Below are positions 28,921 to 41,922 of a DNA stretch of 64,000 nt, in pieces; the first letter of the stretch is position 1; every line of letters begins with the position of its first letter. The stretch comes from Octopus vulgaris (Eukaryota). The DNA is taken from positions 117,614,001 through 117,678,000 of the forward strand of contig OX597819.1 of assembly GCA_951406725.2 (NCBI GenBank), written 5' to 3'. The translations under genes and the position numbers were made by a program. The notes under the pieces were generated by a model. It was not told the origin of the DNA and made no database searches. It saw only the letters and a list, made by a program, of their open reading frames with translations.

Positions 28921-29550
28921 TGTGGCTAGCTGCTCGCAGTCCCGATAATTTCATGTAGTTTGTGATTTTGTCTGGCTGTTCGAATTAAAATTTAGGTCTG
29001 ATTTCTAGTATTGTAGGTGCTCTTTTACAACCTCATGTATTAAGTATACCTATTTGGTGTAAATTGCTATAGCCACCAAAATTATAATGCATTTAATATA
29101 TCTTAATATATTAATATATTATTATACTGAAAATCTTATTGTTTGTTACTATACATATTAACAGTCTTGAATTTTAGCGCTCGCTTTACAACGGTCTTTT
29201 TTATCATGAAAGCATGGGAACGATGCTATGTATTTTAAACCGGAGTAATTGTAGAAACGTCTGTTCAGAAACAAGATACTGCTGATCAAATTTCGAAATC
29301 ACGTGATAACATATTATCAAACTACTTTATTCTGCGAGTGTTTGTCACCAATGAATGATGTTGTGGCTGGACGCTCGCAGACCATATTATTTCATGGGGT
29401 TAGTGTTTGTGTGACCGTTCGATTTAAATTGTAGCTCTCATTTCTAGCAAGTGTAGCAGCTATTTTTCACCCTCATTCATTAATTTTACTTTTTGGCTTT
29501 AATTCCTTTAGCAGGCTAAATTATAATGTATTTAATATATCTTAATATAT
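28921..29550 (+). repeat. Diverged direct duplication (~190-bp units at 28921-29112 and 29362-29550)
   Basis: Both units start TGTGGCT..GCTCGCAG and end AAATTATAATG.ATTTAATATATCTTAATATAT. An ATATTAAG minisatellite (28760-28870) precedes them. Confidence 0.75.
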
Positions 29551-29574
29551 CGTTAATCATATTATTGTAAATTA

Positions 29575-29695
<121 letters not shown>

Positions 29696-30514
29696 ATGTA
29701 AGTATTTATTTATGCATCTATGTATACTTCTCTCTGTGTATATATATATACATATATATACATATATATATGCATATACATACGTACATGCATATATATA
29801 TATATATATATATACATGAATATATTTATATATTGAAATGCAGCTACGTATACATTCATATTCATATATGTCTATATAGACGTGTATATCTATGCCAGTA
29901 TTATATGGTGTACATGAAAGCGTATATAAATATGAAGGAATACCTGTATATCTGCGTGCATACCTTTACGGATCTTACATATGTATTTCAGTGCATTGGG
30001 AATTCTATCAAACCAGATTGTGCTGCTGTGAATCAAACTGTGATCTAGCAATTCTGTCACGAATTGCCGCAGTTTGTTTCTGCCCGTGAACCGCAAATGG
30101 TATGAAATGTATTGCATGAAAATGAAGACGAGACTAGTCATATGACATGAAAAAAAGGAAAAGAAAAACCACAGAATAGGTGAAATAAATTGAATATGAA
30201 ATTTCAAAAGTTACATTTTTTTTTATTCATATAAAATTGTAAAAGTTTAAGGTATTCCGCTTCTATGTATGTATGTATGTATGTATGTATGTATGTATGT
30301 ATGTATGTATGTATGTATGTATGTATGTATGTATGTATGTATGTATATATGTATGTATGTATGTATATATGTACGTATGTATGTATGTATGCATGTATGC
30401 ATGTATGTATTGCCTATTTATCTATCTATCTATCTATCATACTCTATGTGTGTATATACATATACACACATCACATATATATTATATATTATATATTATA
30501 TATCATATATATTA

Positions 30515-30556
<42 letters not shown>

Positions 30557-30598
30557 CAATTATATATATATATCTATATCTGTCTATCTATCTATCTA

Positions 30599-30669
<71 letters not shown>

Positions 30670-31478
30670 GCAGGGGTAGTGAATGTAACGCACATGCAAA
30701 AAGTATGTCGACGAATGAAGTCTGACAAAAGCTATTCATAAATAACTCTAATGATAATACATCGTGTCATGAAAGCCATCGTAAAATAGTTGACAGACAT
30801 GTCTGTAGACAAAGTAAAATAGCAAGACCTAAGAGATGACAACGTTGTGGCTGATGGCTGATGGCTAATACGGACAAAGGATATTGTTGATGATATCATA
30901 GTCAGCAAAAGTGTGGTTCTGGTGATGTTTTCACTGTGATGATACATGCATACGTACATACAAACATCCATGCATTCATACGTACATACATACTTACATG
31001 CATGCATGCATGCAGGTATCCATTTATCCACCCTCCTTACTTACATACATACTAACATGCATACGTACATACATACATTCAAATATACACACTTACATGC
31101 ATTCATTCATACAGACATACATATATGCCTATATACATACTGGTATTCTGAATAAACTTAGTAATACCCGCGAATATGTTATCCGCCTTTGAAGAAAAAA
31201 GAAGGATATTGTAATGGGAACTCTCTTTTTACAGCAACACACACTCCCACACTGCATTAGCAGAACCGATGTTGATTCTAACATTTGGTATACATAACCG
31301 ATCTGCTGTGGATATAAACCCCGCAACATACTGACATCAACTGGAAATCTCTACGGAAACAGTGATATCGAAAGACTCTACTTATGAAAAAGATGAAGCA
31401 CTTACAGGCAAGAGATCAATGTAGACAGCCTTCGAAGTTCGTAATGGCTCTCTTTCTCGCACAGTGCTTCATATATAT

Positions 31479-31596
31479 CATGTGATCACGTGACCGACCA
31501 GACCATCAGATGTTGTTACACATCGCTGGTCACAATGCGTTCGCATTGTTTTAGCCTTCGAATGACGCCACCCCGCTGGCTAAGCGAGCAGGCCAT
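31479..31596. repeat. Short interspersed repeat fragment in TA context
   Basis: GC-richer 118-bp island (CATGTGATCACGTGACCGACCAG...GCTAAGCGAGCAGGCCA) bounded by short TA runs. Recognised as a common octopus repeat from memory only. Confidence 0.4.
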
Positions 31597-32350
31597 CATA
31601 AATATATACATTATATTATTGTTCAAAAGTGAAGAGGGCATAATCCTACGTCTCGCCGTTGAGCTCCTCAGGGAGCACTCAGTTTCTGATGACCTGTCAT
31701 ACAATGCTAAAACAGACGAACTAACATACCTGAAAGGAGGCCTGGATGTCAAACTCTTATCATTCCACAAAGGCTATGCATTAGATTGCTTCCCGAATAA
31801 ATGTTGACATGAAACAGTCATTCTTGAGGTCGTGATTGCTATATCACATCATACTCCGAAGGCTATGCATTTGCAATCCAAGAACGGAAAGTTACTACGA
31901 AATTCCTACTAAAAAAAAAAGAAATGAAGCCATTAGAGTCTCAAGATGCGATCGATAATGTTGATTATGTCATATTTCTGTGAAATGCCATCACACATAT
32001 GATTTTCAGTTGCCTCAAATTTTTCCCAACTCAGGCTGGATGTTGTTGCAAAATAATATAGAATGTCATTCTTAAAAGAAAAGTCTTTCCTAGAAGAAAT
32101 ACATACAAACACCCTATTATTGTATACAAATATAAGCAAAAATACAAAGAATATTGGAGGGAACAATCACATCAAATCACCTGTCAAGTGTAAACATAAC
32201 AAGCTAGATATTGTTGTTTAACAGAGACAAGAAAATGTATGTATCCTAATACAGGTCAGCAGTCTCTTGATATGAATATCTCTTCAGTAACGTGAGCAGT
32301 TTTCAGATGAAGCAAGTACCTGGAATGTACAGGCATTATATGATCTATAA

Positions 32351-32584
32351 CAGTGTTTCCCAACCTTTTTTCCCGGCGCCCCACTTTTTCATAGCAAAAG
32401 TTTTTACGCCCCACCTTTTCCCATGTCCACTCACATTTACAAGTACATGTAAATCTAAGGTTGTGCCCGCGATGACCGCTCGTCATGTACAAATATTTTC
32501 ACAGTCCACGTCTATGCCCCGCGCCCCACCTGAATTTTCTCAGGCCCCACCAGTGGGGCGTACGCCCCACCTTCGGAATCACTG
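32351..32584. mobile_element. hAT (Charlie-like) MITE, 234 bp
   Basis: Ends CAGTGTTTCCCAACC / CAGTGATTCCGAAGG(rc). Perfect 8-bp TSD ATCTATAA at 32343-32350 and 32585-32592. Repeated subterminal CGCCCCAC motifs. Confidence 0.92.
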
Positions 32585-32700
32585 ATCTATAAGATGATAT
32601 TTATAATATGGAAATGTGAACAACTAAGAGCCACTACTGATGCACAGATTTTTAGTTAAAGACTCTTTATTTCATCCTCTTGCAATATATATATATATAT

Positions 32701-32772
32701 CAAGTGGTGCTATAAAGTTAGACTTGGCCGGACCAATCTTTGGTCGAAACATATCTATGTTTATCTAAGTTT
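32701..32772 (+). mobile_element. 3' tail of the LINE seen at 41918-42156
   Basis: GTGGTGCTAT.AAGTTAGAC.TGGCC.GACCAATCTTTGGTCGAAACATATCTA matches 42100-42155. Confidence 0.8.
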
Positions 32773-33682
32773 ATTATATGTATGGTGTGTTAGAATATAG
32801 ACCACTGCAATAGTTACCATGAGGCAACTTCCCATATGACATTGTGGGACATATAAGCACACTTGTTTATATCGCTAGCGATGTGAACGGCACTGCTTAT
32901 ATGCACCATAATCCCATATGAGAATTTACCTCATTGTGACTATTACAGTATTCTGTGATTTAACAAAATTTCCAATTTTACGTGAGGAAGAATAATTATT
33001 AACTTTTGGCATTAACACTGCTTCTGGTGAAAATAATTATTTTCATTAAGCCCACGAACTACTATGACACCAGTGCCTCATTATGTTCTCAAATTCTGTG
33101 TATGTCGCTGGTAGGGATATCGCTACTATTTCCAATGGCCACCGGATCTGGTAGTGTCAATCTGGCGAAAATGTTACAATTCATATAACAGCAACAACAA
33201 CACACACACGTTCTGGCTAATCTTGATATTGGGACTGCCTACAGACATTTCAATTTTATCCTCTTCAGGGCCATGAGCGCTACATCATTTGCACACTGCG
33301 GAGAATATAACACAATATCACCTTCATCGACGGCTGGTGCCACGTGCAATGCGCTAACTACACGATTAAGGCTCACAACACTTAAATTCGCTGTAACAAA
33401 ATTTCTTTTCTCCACAGACATTGCTCTGTTTGACATTATTCCAAAACAAATTTCAAGAAAATGATCCCATCACATTGAATCAAGTCCTGGAAAAATTTAT
33501 TTAAGTAATACCAAACACGTCACCTATACATGGATAGATACCAGTCAATATCATCAAACTACTCGAGTGGGCCTTCCTGCCACAATATAGGACACAAATA
33601 TCATGTTTAATGGTGATATACACAATCAACTTTGCATTGGGGCACGTGTATCTGCATTTGTTTGCATGTATGCATGTATAGT

Positions 33683-33808
<126 letters not shown>

Positions 33809-33859
33809 GTTGTTGTTGTTGTTGTTGTTATGATAATAATGATAATGATAATAATAATA

Positions 33860-34111
<252 letters not shown>

Positions 34112-34154
34112 TTATTATTAGGAGCATCATTAGTATTAATAATACTAATATATT

Positions 34155-34950
34155 TTTATCGACGTTGCAGAGTATTCAATATCATGAGATTGCCGATTGA
34201 AGATATTATATCTACCGGAGGTTTGTCAAATCACAACAAGGCACTATCAGTACGTTACGAAATATTCGTGCAGTTCCAAGTAATGTCGACTTTTGCAATA
34301 AACCTAGACTGCATGACTTTTCTAAAGTTTTCAGAAGTTTTTCTCAGATTGGGTGGTATTGAACCCAATGCTCCGATGACAATAAGGATAAGCTTTATGT
34401 TCGACTCTCGTAGCTACCAGATCATAGCAATCTCTGTTCTTGGATCTCCATATTTATCTACATTTTCTCTTTCTTTCATTATGATATGCTGATATCCTGG
34501 CACTGCCACCTCAATTATTAAGCTTCTTGTTTGCCTCTCCTATAGGTTACTATATCCTGTCTTCGGTGTTCTAACACCTCATCTATCTGGTAGTCAAATT
34601 CCCAGAGGTTGCTTGCCTTCCGTTTTCGTCCATAAACTCTTCAGGTTTATATTGCTACAAAGTACCCCTAACATCATATACATACATACGGCATAGTTAC
34701 CAGAAGAGGTTTTGGGCTACTTTTCCGTGTACACACTTGTACTCTTTCCGCGCAAGACTTCCAAAAGCACTACGAATGTCAGTCACGTTTTCTACCCTCT
34801 TTCCACACATTCTGCAGAGGTCCGTTGCACGTGTTTGGTATATATACTTTCTCACTAAGTTGGTATTCAATGCCAGGACCTGGGCAGCGATGATTAGGCT
34901 TTCAGTATTCTTTCTTAGGTAACTCTTTTTGAGCCACTTCCATGATGCTT
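34155..34950 (-). mobile_element. Decayed R4/Dong-like RLE retrotransposon fragment
   Basis: Frameshifted minus-strand remnants: WLKKS.LRKNTESLIIAAQVLALNTN, CRMCG..VENV.DI.S (zinc-knuckle region), WEFDYQID, LIIEVAVPG, IVIGALGSIP. ATT repeats on both flanks. Confidence 0.75.
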
Positions 34951-34971
34951 ATTATTAATATTATTATTATT

Positions 34972-35450
34972 CAAAAGCGATTTATTCGACTCCATGCGGC
35001 TTAAAATATCGTGCGTTTCTTACCGAATGCTAGTTCGTCTCGTTTGTGTACCTACTTATATATATATCTTTATATATTTCTAAACTAATTATATGAACTA
35101 GATTTGGAATACAAGATCATATAGAGCATTTTACGTATGAATATCATGGATTGTTGCAGAAGAATAACCAAGGAAGTATATATGGATTTAAAGACACTCA
35201 TCAAAAGTAGTAATTTTTAATTTTCAATTTATATTTTAAACAAACACGATTTTACCATTTTACTTCAAATTAAAGAGAAAAAAACTACTATTCGATATGT
35301 TATACAGAATTCATATTTTATATCTCTGAAGAGCAGAAGCGTTGTCTATAAATGCCTATCATTATAGGGACAGCTCTTCTGTGAAACGATCGTAAGATGC
35401 TTTAAATAAATAATTCAAAGCTTTTAAACTATCGAAAATAATTATACATT
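34972..35450 (+). mobile_element. Penelope-like element 3' remnant (decayed GIY-YIG C-terminus plus hammerhead)
   Basis: Broken frames give KRFIRLH, SSRLCTYL and EYKII*SILR (resembling FK.R..H, ST.LS.YIW, Y.I.WSIL of PLE GIY-YIG), followed ~100 bp later by a hammerhead. Confidence 0.5.
35321..35399 (+). ncRNA. Type-I hammerhead ribozyme with canonical core and extended stem II
   Basis: TATCT-CTGAAGA-GCAGAAG(CGTTGTCTATAAATGCCTATCATTATAGGGACAGCT)CTTCTGT-GAAA-CGATCG-TA^AGATG. Stem III is the palindrome ACGATCGT; GUA cleavage predicted after 35394. Confidence 0.8.
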
Positions 35451-35515
35451 ACATTTATTCTTATACATATTTACATATATTTTTACATATATTTATATTT
35501 ATATATTTATTTATT

Positions 35516-35740
35516 TACTCTTTTACTCTTTTACTTGTTTCAGTCATTTGACTGCGGCCATGCTGGAGCACCGCCTTTAGTCGAGCAAATCGACCCCGGG
35601 ACTTATTCTTTGTAAGCCCAGTACTTATTCTATCGGTCTCTTTTGCCGAACCGCTAAGTGACGGGGACGTAAACACACCAGTATCGGTTGTCAAGCAATG
35701 CTAGGGGGACAAACACAGACACACACACACACACACACAT

Positions 35741-35800
<60 letters not shown>

Positions 35801-35957
35801 GACAGGCTTCTTTCAGTTTCCGTCTACCAAGTCCACTCACAAGGCATTGGTCGGCCCGGGGATATAGCAGAAGACACTTCCCCAAGATGCCAGGCAGTGG
35901 GACTGAACCCGGAACCATGTGGTTGGTAAGCAAGCTACTTACCGCACAGCCACTCCT
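35516..35957 (-). mobile_element. SINE family A, full length
   Basis: tRNA-like head (AGGAGTGGCTGTGCGG...GGGTTCAGTCCC), core, internal (TA)n/(TG)n, 3' domain and (TAAAAGAG)n tail. Confidence 0.92.
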
Positions 35958-36041
35958 AATTTTAATACAATAACTATTTTCACACGGGTAAATCTACATG
36001 AGGAGTTTGGATATTAATTTCCTTATTTTAATAATAATGCT

Positions 36042-36117
<76 letters not shown>

Positions 36118-36150
36118 CATATATATACATATATATATATATTTATGTAT

Positions 36151-36204
<54 letters not shown>

Positions 36205-37333
36205 GTATGTATGTATGTATGTATATTTATATGCACATGTGAAGAAACGTGCCTACGTATATATGCATGCAAGCTGAGGTGCATGTAGAAAAAAAGATAT
36301 ATAAACAAATAGAAGCATATTCACGCTTAAATAGAGATAGAATCATTTTCGGTGTATGATCATATATATCCGAAAATATTCCAATCCATTTTAATTGATT
36401 TCATACAAGTTTGATTTTTCCCTGAAACACTGTTCTCTTATCTTCCAATTACACTTTCAAACACAGCACATATAGAACTTATCAATTTTCTATAATTACA
36501 TTTTACTTATTTATTTTCAATTAGCATTTTTGTTATGATTCCTCTTTGCCTCCCGTTTTTGTTTTTTTTATATGTATCAATTCTTATTCTAGATACTTAA
36601 TAACTATCTCCTCTACTTTGGATGAATCATCCACATCTACTGGCGTCACTTATCAATTCTGCCTTGCTAGCTTTTACTTCGTTATTTAAACCACATCATC
36701 TACGAAGATTTACTCGCTCCCCTCCACATTCCCCACGCACATACCTCCTTAACATCAAATATTTCATAGTCGTATATACACGTGAGGTAACTAAACCAGT
36801 TGTTTTCCTTTTTTCTCATCACAGAGGAAGCGTCAAGTGCGGGATTTTGGCACATCTATATCTCTAAATGAATTAAGCGCGCTTCAGTCTCTAGGTAACT
36901 ATCCTAACTAAAAATAATGCGCACGATAATGTTAGCAATAATAAAAGGTGAATTTTCATACGGATAAAATTGGCGGTACCTGTCTCTCCAGGAATGACAA
37001 ATACGTGGAATATAGAATCGTCAGAGTGAAGAAAGTCATCATGCTAATTATATCTTTCGATAATGATGTCACTCGATGATATTAAACCATGTGAGCTCTC
37101 TTCCGACATGCATATCATGAAGTACGTCGCAGTTTTCACCCAACCATCTTGCTTCTAATCATGTTGAGCATAGGATAGCAATATCTAAAGTGCACACCCT
37201 TTTAAAAATAATCTTGTTGTGTGCGCTAGGGGAAGCATTACTGTTCATACTGACCACTAGGTTTATCAAATTTCCTGGTATTAATGAGTGTGAAGATAAT
37301 AAGGATGAACTATATGATGACGACTTTGTTTTA

Positions 37334-37400
<67 letters not shown>

Positions 37401-37401
<1 letters not shown>

Positions 37402-38226
37402 TTTCTTCTTCTTTCAAATTTGCTTCCATTTCTTGCCGAGTGTCTTCCCGACTCCTAAGGCGAAGAAACTCATAGTATACATTGGTAGGCCATTAAACCA
37501 AACTCAGTAGTTCGTCCATTTTTTTTTTTTTTTTTAAAGTTAAATTAAAATACATGAGCAGCAACAGTTCTCACATCGACAATGCTCTTCTCAATACGTG
37601 TGATGTACCAGTTAAGACAATCTTTTGCACTTCTTGCAGGGATGGTAAGCCAGGGATCATTCTCATATAATTTTCGGTTCCCTTCTTGATCATTCCTAGT
37701 GCTCCTACGATCACTGGTATTGTAACCACCTTGAGATGCCACACTTTCACAATTTCAATGAGTAGGTCTTTATATTTTCTGAGCTTGTCAAACTCTTTCG
37801 CTGAGATATTATGATCACAGGGTATGCTCATGTCGATCAATAAGCAAACTTTATTGTTTTGGTCTTTCACAACAATATCTGGTTTATTGGCCTTGATGGT
37901 TCGGTCTGTATGTATTGGAAAGTCCCAGAGAATGGTTACATTTTCTCCTTCAGTTACAGCCTCAGGGTGGTGATTATACCACTTGTCGGCAGTTTTGATA
38001 TTGTAATGCCGACTTATTAGCCAGTGGAGATATTGGCCAACTCTGTCATGTCTTAATTTATACTCCACTGGTGCTAAGACTTTACATCCAGAGATTAGGT
38101 GGTCCACTGTTTCAATCATGTCGTTGCAGAATCGGCATTTTGGGTCTGCTCCATTTTTCATCACATTGGCCTGGTAGTTCCGGGTTAATAGGCTTTGATC
38201 TTGAGCAGCCAGGATGAAACATTCGC

Positions 38227-38227
<1 letters not shown>
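37401..38227 (-). mobile_element. 5'-truncated R4/Dong-clade non-LTR retrotransposon inserted in (TAA)n
   Basis: Open C-terminal ORF plus ~170-bp 3'UTR, with (ATT)n arrays at 37338-37400 and 38228-38332. Confidence 0.92.
37571..38226 (-). pseudogene. C-terminal ~218 aa of RLE-LINE protein: CCHC zinc knuckle plus PD-(D/E)xK restriction-like endonuclease
   Basis: AAQDQSLLTRNY...CRFCNDMIETVDHLISGC...RHDRV...WDFPIHTD...KPDIVVKD...LIDMSIP...KLRKY...VIVGALG. Uninterrupted but lacks the RT domain and a true start. Confidence 0.92.
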
Positions 38228-38267
<40 letters not shown>

Positions 38268-38332
38268 ATTATTATTATTATTATTATTACTATTGTTGTT
38301 GTTGTTGTTGTTATTATTATTATTATTATTAT

Positions 38333-38886
38333 TGAGTGAGAGAGCAGTGCATGCCATGGAAGTGACACTAGGGTAAAATATACAAAGCCCAGTATACCCA
38401 TCATGACTACCCGTCTGATAAGAGTACACCAGGCACATGCATCACAGCCATATGTGTGCGACATGGTGATCTCATATCAAGATAAACAGTACATGACCGT
38501 GCAGATGGGGCCCAGTTAGAATTTTCTTCTGGTCGAGTAGCCCATCCCGCTCAAAAGTTTCCTGAATAAGGATTGTTTAAGAATGTTGAACGAACCACCC
38601 ATGTTTCCAAATGTGAACTATCCAAACCTCTGAGAATTACGTTCAACACTTGGCTATGATGCTCTCCTACTAATTCTGCTCGTGATCAGAGATGCACATA
38701 TCGTCAGCCACTAAGGGACATGCTCAACTGGTTAAGGTCAAACATCGGACAAGCAAATCTGTGGTATTGAGCAGAATATTTGCTGTATTCCATCTTTTAT
38801 ACCAAGACAAAACAATTTACATGATAAGACTTCCAATCAGTTAAGATCAGAAGCTATGAGAGCCACTGTCTGGTGCTGCATCAGGA

Positions 38887-38890
<4 letters not shown>
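38333..38890 (-). mobile_element. Non-coding ~560-bp (TAA)n-embedded element, copy 1
   Basis: High similarity to 60863-61373 and 38943-39352; (TAA)n at both ends. Confidence 0.85.
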
Positions 38891-38942
<52 letters not shown>

Positions 38943-38944
<2 letters not shown>

Positions 38945-39352
38945 GTGCGAGAGAAGTGGATGCCATCAAAGTGACACTGGGGTAAATTACACGAAGTTCA
39001 GCATACAGATTATGATTTCGCGCCCGACAAATGTGCACCGTGCACATACATCACAACGATGTGTCCCCGACATGGTGATTTCATACCAATATAAGAGGCG
39101 CATAATCTTGCAGATGGGGGCCCAGTTAGTATTTTTTGAGGTCTAGTAGCCCATCCAACTCAAAAGCTCCTTGAATGGGGGTTGTTTAAGAAAGCTGAAC
39201 AAAACACCCATGTTTCCAAAGTTGAATTGTCCAAATCCCAAAAATTCCTCTCAGCATGATGCATATATCGAGACAAAACAATGTACATGATAAAATATCC
39301 AAGCACTTAAGATCAGAAGACATGAGAGCAACTGCCTGTCTTTATGCTGTGC
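38943..39352 (-). mobile_element. (TAA)n-embedded element, copy 2 (older, internally deleted)
   Basis: Shares ATGCCATCAAAGTGACACTGGGGTAAA, CGACATGGTGAT and GCAGATGGGG.CCCAGTTAG with copies 1 and 3; the central part is missing. Confidence 0.8.
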
Positions 39353-40096
39353 AACATAATTTTCAATCCCGTTCGCAATATGGAAAGCGTTTTCCGCATT
39401 TAGTTTTCCTAAACCAACTGCCCTTCTTTTCAGATATATTCGCTTGATATTACTTTTAGGATGGTCAGCGTTGTAAATTGTTAGCGGCTTTCTTGTTCTA
39501 TCTAAATACTGTCACTCATTCTTTGTTCATTTCAGAGAGGGGAACTTAATGATTTTCGTCCGCTAAATTTTGTCGCCACCAAATTGCTTCCTCTCATTTT
39601 CTATTCATAAGTGAGTTTTTTCTTATTTTATCTTCCATTATCTTATCTTCTTGCAGTGTTAAGAAGTATTTGTAACATTCATTATCCCATAGTTATTGAA
39701 TCACGTTGTCGTAATTTTATGCCATTAGACTTTATCGTTCAGCCTCATGATCAGGGCCTCTTACTGATTTAGACAGTTTAGTAAGCAAATCATATGTCCA
39801 GACGAATTGTAATAAAGTTAATAAATATGACAGGCCATTTTAATAGACAAAGTTTCTCCACTTTTCAGTTGTCAGATGTTGATAAAGTAATATGTTTTTC
39901 ATTTTTACTGCAGAATGAATTAAATATGACGGTACTCATCACATTATTGCCGCCTTATTCTTTACAAAGTCTGCGAATGTTTAAATTCCTTAGAATGTCG
40001 AATAGAATGTTCATGATATAGTTTCGTTTTCCTCTGTTTAACTATTTGCCAGTCACCATTTGGAAATCAATAAATATCTATTAAGCCCGAGCTCAA

Positions 40097-40532
40097 TACT
40101 CTTTACTGTTTATTACTCTTTTACTTTTTCAGTCATTCGACTGCGGCCATGCTGGAGCACCACCTTTAGTCGAGCAAATCGACCCCAGGACTTATTTTTT
40201 GGAAGACTAGTACATATTCTATCGGCCTCTATTTCCGAACTGCTAAGTTACGGGGACGTAAACACCCCGCCGTGTGTTGTCAAACGATGTTGGAGGACAA
40301 ACATAGACACACAAACATATACACACACATGCATGTATATATATATATTTATATATATATATATATATATACAATGGGCTTCTTTCAGTTTCCGTCCACT
40401 AAATCTACTCACAAGGCTTTGGTCGGCACGAGGCTATAGTAGGACACTTGCCCAAGGTACCACGTAGTTAGAATGAACACGAAACCATGTAGTTGGTAAG
40501 CAAGCTACTTACTACATAGCCTCTCCTGCGCC
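40097..40532 (-). mobile_element. SINE family A, full length
   Basis: Collinear with 35516-35957. Confidence 0.9.
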
Positions 40533-40763
40533 TTTTAAAGGGTTTCACATAAATATTAATACATATTAGAATATTAATAAAATATTAATAAATATTAAAA
40601 AAAACGATGGATACATTGCTGGATTTGTTCACGATTTTTACCTTGCGAATACAGTTCACATACCGTCACAGTAGTATTAGTTCGTTGCCAACTTTAAAAG
40701 CCTATATCTATCGAATACCATTAGATCACAAAACTGCCGACCAAATAACACTCTTCAAGGAAG

Positions 40764-40838
<75 letters not shown>

Positions 40839-41787
40839 ACTACCTATCTATCTACCTACCTACCTACATACCTACTTACCTACCTACAACCATACCTCCG
40901 TCTCGAATGTACTGTAAGATACTACATTTACTGCTTTACTGTTGGATAAACTGTAAACATACTATAATTGAATCTTGTTCATCGAATAGGCGTTTCAAGA
41001 TATTTAGTATACTTTTTATAAGATACGTAATTTGAATTAAATTAAGTTATATTCAAACCCACGAAAATATTATTTCTCGTGCACTACTTGTTTCCGTGCA
41101 AATATTCCACAGAGCTGATATAATAATCCACCTTTTACACAAATCTTTAAAATTTTAATTTAATGCCAAGATTGAGCAAGACGGATATACTTATTCGTGA
41201 TGGGATAAGTCTGAAACTTCTTGATAAAATTCTACATTTAATTATCAAAATCACTCCAATTTACACTGGATATTTCTGTTAGATTTATTTCTGATGTCGC
41301 TCATATACCTCTCTCAGGTAGATTTTATTATTGAAAGCATCTCCACAAATTACCTTTCTAATGCCCATGTTACGGAAATAATAAGGAAGACTTTAATCCT
41401 TCCTTTACTAAACACTGTTACATGTGTTACAATATATGCATACATTTTCTCGGTATAATCCTGTATTTACAATAGGTTTGATTAACAACATATTGTAGAG
41501 TTGTATGATTACTAAAAATACCAGCGATTTTATTCCCCAAAAAGTGGCACACGTATATTTCCATAAAACATATCTTGGCAGGAAAAATTAGAAGGATGTA
41601 GACAAGACCAGCAACAGCACTAAAGAATAAACATCGATTTATAACATTTTACTTCCTCTATAATAATCAAATTTTAATCCACACATTTATCTGACTTCGG
41701 ACCTTCTTATATTAAACTAATCTTTCTGTAATCTGTAATCATAAGGAAAATAAAATTTCTAACAATGAAGGCTGATACATTAAATAT

Positions 41788-41837
<50 letters not shown>

Positions 41838-41854
41838 TACATCTCTCTCTCTCG

Positions 41855-41917
<63 letters not shown>

Positions 41918-41922
<5 letters not shown>

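Noticed and set aside
31685-31730. Isolated CTGANGA hits (31687; also 16304 rc, 49124 rc, 47928, 51282)
   Set aside because: They lack a correctly placed GAAA/UH and closing stems; such hits are expected by chance.
33190-33470. Possible Gypsy integrase remnant (ISPSSTAGA...AVTKFLFS)
   Set aside because: Only faint resemblance to HP.SNG.AER / FL..YR; needs an HMM search and is not supportable by eye.
38227-38464. N-terminal part of the 297-aa ORF 37571-38464
   Set aside because: Chance in-frame read-through of the (TAA)n array and the neighbouring non-coding element; only the part from ECFILAAQ onward is LINE protein.
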